Below the pieces are notes generated by a model. The model worked only from the letters and a program-made list of their open reading frames with translations, ran no database searches and was not told the origin of the DNA. The position numbers and the translations under genes are program-made. From Podarcis pityusensis (Eukaryota): a stretch of 64,000 nt of DNA. The stretch lies in NCBI GenBank assembly GCA_964106645.2, contig OZ067044.1; one strand, given 5' to 3'. Below are positions 25,101 to 37,100 of this stretch, piece by piece. Within the stretch, counting starts at the first letter, position 1. Every line of letters begins with the position of its first letter.

Positions 25101-28100
25101 ATGAACTTACTTTACGAAATGCAGACATAAGGGGAGTAATTTTTCTGTTATCTGCACCATCCACATCAGCTCCTGCCTGCACAAGCAGTTGAACTACATC
25201 AAGGTGGCCACCATTAGCTGCAAGCCAGAGCGGTGTGTTCCCTTTCTTGTTGCGAACGTCAATATGTGCCCCCCTGAAAGGAATTAGAATTAAATTCAAG
25301 CTGGCAAAAAAATCCAGGCAGAAATTGAAACTACATTTCAGTTCACAAACACTGGTTATATGGAAGCTGTTAAGAACTTCAGAACGTCATCCATGATCTT
25401 GAGGTATGTGCTATAAAGACTAAACTGAAATTTTGAATTCCAAAAAGGGGGCCTACAACAAAATTTTAAGGTCTGAGTTTCAAATCATCCCATCCTTTTC
25501 CTAACATGTTAGCACTATGTCAATCGGAACATGCAAAGTGGCTTTTTTCTCTGTAAGTTTTTCTTTTTTTATTTCTGCAAACCTTGCCAAGCATGCTGAT
25601 ACTTTCCTCTTATGCATGGGACTGAATTGACTTTACTATCTTACAAGTGGGGTCTCACAACTAAGTGCTGCAGTGTTATCATGGGTGCATATATTATGTG
25701 AACTTGTGGCTGAGGAAGTGGAAAACACAAAAGTGAGCATCAAAGACAGGAGTTTCTGGTCTGACTTCATGTGTAAAATAAATATTTTTAGTTACAAATT
25801 TTTTAGTTACAGTCTGCATGAAAATCAATAGAGCAATGGTCTTTGTAAATGCAACTCAGTGCTTGACTTGGCCCAAAGGAAAGTCTAAAGGGGCAGTTTT
25901 AGAATAGTGACCACCCCTGACTGGCAATATTAACAGTGAATTATACTGCAGGGTTGTTGCATGCTACTTTCTGAACCCAGCTTGCAATGTGGAGATAAAT
26001 GCAACGGATAACAGTGCAGGGTTTGTACTCTGGTTCAGTTCAACCAGTAAAGCATGTTAAATACACTGCAGGGCTGCTATATTCTCCCTATCACAAGCCC
26101 TTTCAATCTGTAATATGGAGAATGAACTTCATTTGAGATGGTTCTCTGCACCTCTTAACATCTGTCTCTCTCCTACAATCCTTCCCAGCTGTTCCACTCT
26201 GTTCCCCCTCCCACCCAGTTGGCAATTCCCCCTTCACTCAAATAGCCCAGTTTGTAGGTTACAGTAGACGCAAGAATGGGAACCTGCACACATCCAAATG
26301 TCGTTGGACTAAACTCCCATCAACCACAGTCAGAATGGCCAGAGATGATGGGAGTTGCAGAATTTAACATCTGGAGGGTTACAGCTTCCTCACCCCTTTA
26401 GTAAGCCATAGTCAATCGTTTACTCCAAACATGATGATTGCAACATTTTCACACAGCCCCTCTAGCTAGCAGGAGCAACAAACCAAGTTTAGCATTATGT
26501 CCAACACCAGGTAGTTTGTTTCATTCAAACAAATCATGACTGGTAAGCCGGGCTTAACTTTGTGGTTTGTTAGGAGCAGAACTTTAGTATATTACAATGC
26601 TAAGTTCCACTAGTTAGAGGGAAGGAGTGAAGCAGGAGCCTTCTGCAGTCACATGGTAAACCATTAACTATGGTTTACTATGATGTGTGAATGCTGCCAG
26701 TCTCAACGTTCTATGCCATTGCATTTCTAAGGAACTAGTTTTTGCTCCTCCCTGTGGCTTTTTTATATAGTGCTGCAAAACCACCAGGTTCTTCTGAGTC
26801 TGCTGGTACCTACTTTTGTATGTGGGTACTCTAGTCGTTATAGTTATTCATGTAAAAACAATGACATACCGATTAATCAGGAGCTCACAAAACTTGTAGT
26901 GGCCTTTATCTGCTGCAATTGTTAAAGCAGTATCTCTTGAGGAAGGCACGGGAGGAGCATTGACATCTGCTCCTTTATCAAGAAGAACTCTTCCAACTTC
27001 AGCATAACCTCCAGAAGCAGCTTCCATCAGAGGGGTGAGCCCAGTCTGTTTAAAAGAATGTTTGAAATAGAGTCTATATAAAGCAGTTCTAAACATAATC
27101 CAGAAACAGTTGCCAACCTCTTTCACTATGTAAGGACCCCAATGAATGCAAGACCTATCAACATCACTCAGGGTAGCTAGAGTCACACACAATGGATTCA
27201 CAAGTCAAAAAAAAAGCTGTAAGGTCTTGGGACTATTATGTTCAAGAAGCATCTGTACAGCATAAATGTTCACTTTAATGGATGTTACATCAAAATACAA
27301 TGCTTTGCTTTAGTATAGAACTTTGCTGCCTTGAACACTGCACACTTGAACAATTTGAACAAAAGTACCTGATCACTTATTTACTAGCATGATATTCAGA
27401 ATGTTAATATTAATCTGCTCACCACAATATTCAAGACTTTGCAGTTTGCATTTTCTTTGGCTAGTGTTTGGGCTTTTGTTTCCTGCTTCTCTCCAATACA
27501 CCTGTACGACTCCTCCTGCAGAGGCTCCCACAGGGCTATAGTTCAGGAACTAAACTGAGTCAAAGCTAATGTATTTCTTTAATCTTCAATTTACCTCAAG
27601 GTTTCTGCACTTTTAGTCAATAAGGGAAGAGAAGTGGGTCTTTGCCACTACTGGCATGCACCGTCTGTCAGGTTGTCCAAATGGGAATGCGGTCCTCGAA
27701 TTGCAGAAGGTTCCCCATCCCTTTCCTCTTTTCTCTCCCCTTATTGACAGGAAGTGAGGAAAGATCAACTGACAGGAAGTGAGGAAAGATCAACTGACAG
27801 GAAGTGAGGAACGATCAATGAGGAACTTTTTTCGATTCGAGAGCTGCATTCCTTTGTGTTGAAGAATAAAGCCACAACCACCCAATATATCCTACACACA
27901 CTGCAGCAAACTGCCCATGGAAAAATAACAATCTTTTACTCTTTGGACAGCTCGTAATCTCTTCCACCACCACTCTCTTGTTGCTTGGCCACAGAAACTG
28001 GGACATGGAGTAGGCAGACTCTGGAAGAAGAGGCTGGTGGGGCAGATGAGGAGGCCCCAGTTTGCTTCTGGTCTATAGGCCAGAGGTTCCTCACTCCTAC

Positions 28101-31100
28101 TGTAAACCGGTAGTCTTAATCCTTTTCAGATCCAGAATTCATCTTTAACACCCACCTCCAATATAGGAGCCACTCAATTTTTTCACTGTTCATCTTTTGC
28201 CTTTTCTCTCTAGGACCACCAGCAAAAAAAGAGGCTATTGCAACAGTGAGTGCCTCTCTACTTTACAGTTACAATCTATTATGCAACGGCAAGAAAAAAA
28301 CAGCTGCCAAAATTCCCTATTCCACACAAAAGTACATAAGTTTCATATCTGCTTCAATTTTCTCTTCACTCTAATTTAATATCAAAACAAGTGGTGTGGT
28401 GCACTTTAGGCTGCAATCCATCTTAGCTTGGATAGCTGCAACCCACTATGTGAAAACCAGTATGATAACCAGTAAGGTATCTTGCCATCAGGTGTAGCTT
28501 TTGAGGCAATGTCAGCCATGATGTGGTATCATGAATAATGGTACATTTACTAAAGTAAAAGCAATAAAGCCTTCTAATACTCAGTGATGGATAAGATAAG
28601 TTGGCTTGATTTCAAATTACTGAAATAGTTAAAACCGGAAGCTTTAAACTAAGTCTATTGCCAAAACCATTTTTACCACAAGTTTGTTTGAAAAGAAAGC
28701 TATCTGCAGGCTCACCTTTGCCCTATGTTCAACATTGGCTTTTCTGTCCAAAAGCAGGCTGACCACCTCTGCTCTGCCCTGGAAACAGGCCAAAGTGAGC
28801 GCTGTATTCCGATTGGTCTCAATCTGAGCATTTATATCAGAGCCCATATCAAGCAACAGCTTCACTGCAGGAACATGGCCATTCATAGCCGCCAACATCA
28901 GAGGAGAAATGCCTAGCTTACTCCCAGTCCTAGAGGGAAGAGATAATTAATACAACCACCAGAACAAAATAACCTAGACAAATGTACAGAAAACAAGTCC
29001 CCCCCCCCCCCCGGAAGAATAGACACAAGTTTACAGAAAAATCGAATACAAACCTAACTGACAAAAGCAGACTAGAGCAGACTAAAGCAGACTGGTCTCA
29101 CTTGATACCACCATTTTACATGCTAAAAACACTAGCAGGAATTTGAGGGGGGGAATCTACTAACAAAGCATGTGAGCTTTTAATATATAAAAAATAGACA
29201 TAAAAAAATTGCACATTTGTTACCAGGAGCCCGTATTATGATAGTTTAATACAACTGAATAGGATCAAAATAGATCAGTTGACTTAGACATCCCCTTTAT
29301 TCCTCCTCCCAAGATAGAACCAGAAGTGGCAAATGCAGCATGCCACAGAGCCCAATAAGCACAGCCTATTACCTTGAATTAATTTCCGCTCCAGCATTAA
29401 GCAGGATCTTAATAATATTAACATATCCCCCAGATGCGGCAAGACTAAGAGGTGTATAATCAGACACATTCCTGTGTTCTTTATTTGCGCCTCGTGCCAG
29501 CAGTAAGTCAACAACCTGAAAGGTACAATATTAGCAGGATCAGAGGATAACAACACTCTGGCACTGGGTGGAATTCGCAAACAGCCAAACTGTTAAATCT
29601 ATAAATAGCTAGAATACAAAATGGCAAGTCAGGGAACCAAGGTTCTTTTTTAATCCTTTATTTTCCTCAATGGCTATACAAAGAACCAGTTGCCAATTGT
29701 CATTAGAGTATAGAGAGATTACGGCAGCAGAGCACTCCTCAAAATTAGTTTCACTAGTTTGTATGTTTTTAATGGTACTGAGAATCCTACAATAGTCTAT
29801 ATCAAGGTTTCCCAAAGTTGGGTCTCCAGATGTTTTGGGACTACAATTCCTACCATCCCTGACCACTGGTTTGCTAGCTAGGGATGATGGGAGTTGTAGT
29901 CAACAGCTGGAGACCAAAGTTTGGGAAACCCTGCTCTATATACAAAAAATCCACAGAACAGAACACTGGTTGCTTACCATGAAGGCTCTTCCTGGTTTGA
30001 TGTGGAGGCATCCAGAATGGGCTGTCTTGTTGTACTGCCCAGGACACAGAGTACTCATGTGACCTGAAATTGTGTGGCTCCAGACTCTTCTCCACTTTCC
30101 TGCCTTGACCAGGAACAGAGCTCCCTATTCTAGCTTCCCTCTCTTTCATTCCTGCAACAGGCTTCTAGGACTTCAGGAATTTCAAAATCGTGGCAAGTGT
30201 GTGATCAATGGAAATGTAACATTTGTCAAAGTCCCTAGATTGCATTGTGAGGCTTGAAAGCAGCAAAGTACTGATTCTTTCCCCCCTGCAGATCCCAACA
30301 TGCCCTTTTTTGTCTGAGTGCATGGAGGTAATTTTCCTTCTTACAGAGTGCATTGTTTTCTTTTTCCTTTTCAAATGGAACTTGGAGAAGGCAACAAAAA
30401 GGTACTAATAACAAGAACTGGAAAAGGTAAAACTGGTGAAGGTGTAGAAGCTACTGAAGTCACAAAAGGTGTTGCAGAAATGAGAGAAAGGACATGGAAG
30501 ATTCAGCTCTGTTCCTGGGCAAAGCAGGCTGAAGAGTAAAATCTCTCTTGGACTCAGATCTGGTATACAGTTACAGGTGGGATGTGGGTGATGCTGTGGT
30601 CTAAACCACCGAGCCTCTTGGGCTTGCCAATCGTAAGGTCGACAGTTCAAATCTGTGCGACAGGGTGAGCTCACGCTCCTGCCAACCTAGCAGTTTGAAA
30701 GCATACCAGCATGAGTAGATAAAGAGGTACCACGGTGGCAGGTAAACGGCATTTCCATGCACTCTGGAACTTGTCAAGGTGTTCCGTGTGCCAGAAGTGG
30801 TTTAGTCATGCTGGGCGCATGACCCAGAAAAGCTGCCTGTGGACAAACACCAGCTCCCTCGGCTTGAAAGTGAAGATGAGCACCACACTCCATAGGCGAA
30901 TTCGACCCAGGAGTCCTTTACCTTTTACAGTTACAGGTTGCATGATACCTGCCCATCCTGAGCAGTATGGGGAGTATGGACAGTCCAACTTGGATGCCTT
31001 TTTCACACCAGAGTAGATTTTGAAGAATCTTGTTTGCCTGACTGACAAAATCAAATCTATCAAGAGCCATTTTAAAGGATGTTTGTAGGAAACAAATTTC

Positions 31101-34100
31101 TACTACTGGCAATCCACAAATTAAAAAATTAAACATGTTCAATACAATATGTATACTTATAAACTAAAATATACCAAAAAAAAAAAAATGTTTCAGGGAG
31201 CAAGGGGACATATCAGGCTGCTACATTCATGCTCTCTTCTCCTAACTTAAGACTAAAGAATATGATAGATTATAACATTTACCTCTTGGCGTCCACCAGA
31301 GCATGCTAATGAAAGTGGAGTGTCCTTAGTACGTTCAGATTGTGCTTCTATATCTCCACCCTTGTCTAGAAGGATCTCTACAACACCAACATGTCCAGCA
31401 GTTGCAGCTAAAATTAGCGGTGTAAATCCTAATAGAGATTATTATATTAGAAGCCATTTTCAAACGAGAGGCAAAGAGGTAGAAAGAAAAGTTGTGTATT
31501 AAAGCCAATAATTCACAATAAATATTGGCAATGGAAATCACTGAACAGTCAGTGTTTGAGTTTGTGATAAAGCACTTGTGGTGGGGGGCAAAAAGCTAAC
31601 AAGAAGCCTCTGCTAAAAAAAACATATCCTCCATTCTCAGTTAATGCTCAAAGTTCCATATAACAAACATTAAATTCCCCCCAAAACTGTTTCAAAGCAG
31701 TTTTTTTCTATGAGCTAGAAAGTTATGAAAAGTAATGGAACGTCCAATATCCATGCATCAAGCCCTGAAAAAAATACCAACAAACAGCAGCACTTCAGTA
31801 GCTTACCCTTCTTGTCTCTGTGTTCTATACTGGCACCACGTGCTATCAATACAGAGACGAGCTCTTCGTGACCACCAGCACATGCAAGAGTCAGCGCAGT
31901 ATCGTGGTTACTCTCCGTCTTAACAGTAGAAAGGATATGTTAGGTTTACTACATACACACCTTATTACTACTCTGTTATATAACAGAAACAACTATTATA
32001 ACAAAAACAGCTTTATAACTTATCTACATTACTCACGTGGGCATCAATGTCAACTGAAGGATACGTGGGGAGCACAGATTGAGAAGTGACACTGAGTGTT
32101 TGTGAACAAGGTTCAGGTGTAGGCGATTCTGTAGCATGTGAAGAATTGGAGCCAGTAGGCACTCTGCTATTAACAGCTGGAAAAAAGGATAACATTTAAC
32201 ATCACTTGCATAAAGAGCTCCTTTCCCAGAGAAATCATGTCTTATTAATTACTAAACTTGTTATTGAATAATGAACTAACAGGGAAATGCAAAATTGTAC
32301 CCCAACCACAGAAACACTTAGGATAGATTTTCACTTTAAATTTTGTACTCTGGTGTGTGGGTGGGTGTGTATGTATACACACTCACACCCTAAAGCGTGT
32401 GAAGGGCACACATGTAAGATCTGAAGTATACCCCTTTAAAATATTTGGAAGCAGGCATAGGAAAAGATCTCTCCTCATCCCCCAAAATCAAGACAGGCAT
32501 CATATTTTACATGTGTAGCCTCCTTCAAACTTGATGGACTACGCTGGTATTACAGACTTTAGCATCAATATGCTACGGTTCTATCTGACTTACCAGCTAC
32601 ACTCCTGAAGCCACACAATAATAAAATACAACATGTAAAGAACTGACTCACAGATACTCAGTTTCAGTGAATTTTGATTCTAAGTAAGCAAGCTCAGCGA
32701 AAATTAATTGCAAACCTGCATTGGGTAACTCAAGGTCCTACTATTATAGAAAAAAATCTCTACACATTTTTTCTGAAACAGGCACACTTTGACACTATTA
32801 CACCCCTCCCTATATTTTCCTTTATTCTAAATTAAGCCTCAAGTATTGTAACCTTTACTTGCAGGAGCTGCTCCAGCTCCTTGATCATGACCAGAACTGC
32901 ACATAGTATTCAAAGTGTGATTGTACCATAGATTTATATAAAGACATTACACTATCAGATGTTTTAGTTTAAGGCATTTCCCTGAAGGATTCCAGCTGCC
33001 ACATATTAGGTTAACATTTTCATTGAGCTATCCACCAAAATCAGCTATTGAATGCTCAGACTCCATTAGTTATGATTTTTCACTCCAACTTGCACAATTT
33101 TGCAGAATTTGTCACTGTAATACCTATTCACCCACTTTGGAGAGCTCCTTTTGGAGCTCTTCACAATCCCTTTTCATTTTTACTGCACTGAAAAATTTGG
33201 TGTCATTAGAAAATTTGGTCACCTCAAATCCAGGTCATTTATGAACAATTTAAAAAGCACCAATCCTAATATAAATCATTCAGCAATGGCCATTCCTCAC
33301 TTTCTCCTTTGTGAGAACTGCCCAGTTATTCCTAATTCTCTGCTTCCTGCCCTGTTACTTGTATATATTTTATTTGTATATATTGCTTGTTTTATGTTGT
33401 TATGGCCATTGGCTAATGCGAATAAAGTTTATCTTATCTTATCTTCCTACCCTGTAACTAGTTAATCTTATCCTGTAACTGCTAAGCTTATTCAACAAAT
33501 TTTGGTGAAGGGCTTTTATAAAAAGCTTTTTCAATGTATACAATATTGACTGGATCACCCCATCTACATATTCAAAGGTATTCTAAAGTAACTAAGAGAT
33601 GGCTGCTGTTGAGATTTGTGATTGTATCCAAGTGCTGCAGAATCCCATCATGAGACATTTTCTAGACTGTTAAACCTTTTACATATAAGCAGGTGACACT
33701 TTCACAATTCACATTTTGTGGCTTAAAGCTAACTAGGCCAGATTATTTTGTTTTACAGGAAATAAGAAGTATGAAACAATACAACCATCAAATAGTACTA
33801 AAATTGTTATGTCAACTACTTATAAAAAACTACTGCTATGAAACATTACATTTAAGATTAAAATTCCCATCTGCTGAATGGTCATTACACACTGGGTTAG
33901 ATCCACACTATTCACACACAGAACACCATGCTGGAGGAAAGTGGGGAAGAAATTTTCACTGATTCCCTATTCTCTTGTTCTGGAGTGGTGTTTGAAATTC
34001 CCTGGGTGCCAGGTGTATTTTGCTGCTGAAACAAGTCCAACTGCAACTACATGGAGATTTCTGGGTGCCATGTTGGCAACTGACATTTCCATTGAGCCAG

Positions 34101-37100
34101 CTGACTCATATGTGGCAAAAGATGCATGTCATGTGCTTCTGTGCTGCCGTGCAAATCATGGACCCCTTGCTGGGCATCTTAGTCCTTTATCATCACATTA
34201 AAGAAATTAAGTGTGTAGCTGAGTACAGATATATTTGACTGTACTGCAGCCTTTCCACAGGCCACCCAAATGGAACTCACAGACCACAGTTTTAAAACCT
34301 CTGCCTTAGTACACAGTTAATACTATTTCCAGTTTCTTGCATACTGGCAGTGTTAGAAAATCAATATAAGCTAGGAGTCAAATGGCTCCTTTAACAAGGG
34401 TTACAATCGCCAAAATGGAATGCCTAGTTGCCATTTTTGGACCAGATGGCTTGAAAGTCCTATTTTTCAAAACAGTTTTTTGGTTCCTGAAATTCATTCT
34501 GATGGTACCTGACGTTTCCAACCATCTGGAGGTGCATGCCTGGGGATTCTTGGATCCTGACTGTTTTCATACACTAGCAACACAATCTGTATAATTCTAT
34601 CTGCTATATTTTATCTGCACAGTCAGGATCCAAGAATCCCCAGGCATACACCTCCAGATGGTTGGAGAGATCAGGTACCGTCCTGGCGCCTAGGCATCTT
34701 CACTTGGCGCAAGTGGCTGATAGCCAAGTTCAAAATGTGCCAGGCGAATTTCGAACGCTGCATACTGGGAGAAGTGAATTGTTGCAAGAGCAAGCTACTG
34801 TCAAGCAATGTAGTTGAGATAATAGAATTGTAATATTGGAAGGGACCTGTAAGAGCCATCTAGTCCAACCATCACCACTGGTCCTGCTAGCTAGGGACGA
34901 TGGGAGTTGTAGTCCAACCACAGCTGGAAATCCCAGTTTGGGAAACCCTGATCTAGATGAATCCTCTGCTGGATCTTGGCCCTTTCTGCAAATAAAAGTA
35001 GGTCTTTCCATTTGCATGAGGTCAAGTCTGGATCCAACCCATTCAAAATGAATTGAACACATGAAAAGAACAAATGTAAGCAATAAATTTCAATATTTCC
35101 ATACCAGTTATTTTTAAAAACAACAACTGACAATGCAGTCTTCTTTACATCGAATGAAATGTAAATACACAAAAGGGTATTCAAATGGATTGAGGATTGA
35201 GAGTAAACCTGACTGTACACAATGTATACCATGACAATTTTTTCTTTAAGTGCCATTCAAGTAGGGAGGACACTTGTTTTGATTTCACATTAAACCTTGA
35301 GGTCAACTGAACTTAGGCTGATCAGAGTGGTATTAAAAGCAGTAGCTTACACTATAGAAATTGAGTAAAAAATTGTGCACAAAGCTAGCTACTATTTCCC
35401 ACCTAACTTGCAACAACTTTCTACACCAGGGATGGATGACCTGTCTCCCTCCAGAGGTTGCTGAACTTCTAACTCTCTTCATCCCTGACCACTAGTCATA
35501 TTTGCTGAGGTTGCTGGGAAGTGGAGTCTGACCACCTCTGGAGGGCCACAGGTTCCTCACCCATGTACTACACAAATTCCAGCAGCAGGACAAAGTAGTA
35601 CAAAAAAGGAGCACAGTGTGAAACAAGAGCTTCTGAGAGTTTTCCAGTTTACTATATAAAAATTTCACCAGCTAATTGTTCAAAGTTGTCAATATTGGCT
35701 GACAACACTGGCTTCTGTGCACTCCGCTGACATGCTCAGGGCCAGGAACGCAATCCCTGTAAAAATCGGGGGGAGGGGGCTGTATAGACATACGAGTGAC
35801 ATCTCATATCTGAACCTGAATATAACTTCATAATTTAAATACACCAGGGAATCTTCGAATTTCTTTCTGAAATTTATGTGACATCCCCGAAATTGATGCT
35901 TTCAACTTCCAAGTTCCCAAATCAGTTCACACTCAGTCACAGAAGACACCATACCACATACATTTAAAAAGAGTTATCTTTTTAAAGACATAAAACACTA
36001 AAAGCGCCCCTGAGCTGTGCTTTCACAAATCATTGTTAGCCATTATATACCTACAGAAGTTAAGTTCACTCAAATCTGCCCAGAAAAATGCTGAAGCGTA
36101 AATGATTGGAATAAAAGATTGGACTAGATTGCAGTTGGACTAGATGATCCTCAGGGTTCTTTCCAACTCTACAGTTCTATAATCCTTCTATGTTTTCATT
36201 TCTGGTGGACAACTTAAAAAGGATGCTTTAACTTTTGAAATGTAAGTATGTATTGCACCCATGGTCAATGTCAGCAGAGACAATATCCAAATCTTTATGG
36301 ACCAACTGAAGTGACATACCGTATTTACTCGAGTCTAATGTGCCATCAAATATAATGTGCACCTCACTTTTCAGAACCTTGAAACCAAGCAAAGTATTTG
36401 GTGCCAAATGTAAATGTGCCATCAAATCTAATGTGTACCTTAATTTTCGCACTGTAATTTGGCCAAAAAAGGTGAGCGTTAGATTCAAGTAAATATGGTA
36501 GTATCAGCTTACATTACAAGAAGGCACTAGGTAGAAAAGACAGTACTTGCATTTATAGTCCCATCACAGCCAGTAGCAGTTTACAGGTAACAAACTAGTG
36601 GTACGGTTACTGCCTCTAATGAATTTACAATTTACACAAGATAAAGGAGCAGATGGAAAGTATGGCAAAGAACCCCAAAGGTAACATGGAACAATTAAAT
36701 GTCTCAAATAGGGATGAGAACAAGGAGATGGGGCCAAAGACCTTGTAGAAAAATTGCCCGAGAAGGGATTTGTAAGGAAAGAGGTGGTATCATGTAAATA
36801 TTTGGTGAAAGAGTCACAAAGGAGAACAAGGAACAAGAGGGGCATTTAAGAAACCATGGAACTGACTGCATCACATTCCACAGATTCCTGAATTAACCAT
36901 TGCCTATCCAAGCATACAGTTAGACACGAAATTAAAACTTACTGTTTTGCAGTGCTTAATTTCGAGGACTCATCTGATATACAGCTACAACTTGATTAAA
37001 GAGAATTCAACTGATCACCCTTCTCCAATCTCTCAGAAGAGCATGCAGCAAGCAGGACAGACACAGGAATACAAGAGACACTGATATACTGATTTCCTAC

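Noticed and set aside
30579-30670. tRNA gene
   Set aside because: It is the tRNA-derived head of a Sauria SINE, with no complete cloverleaf.
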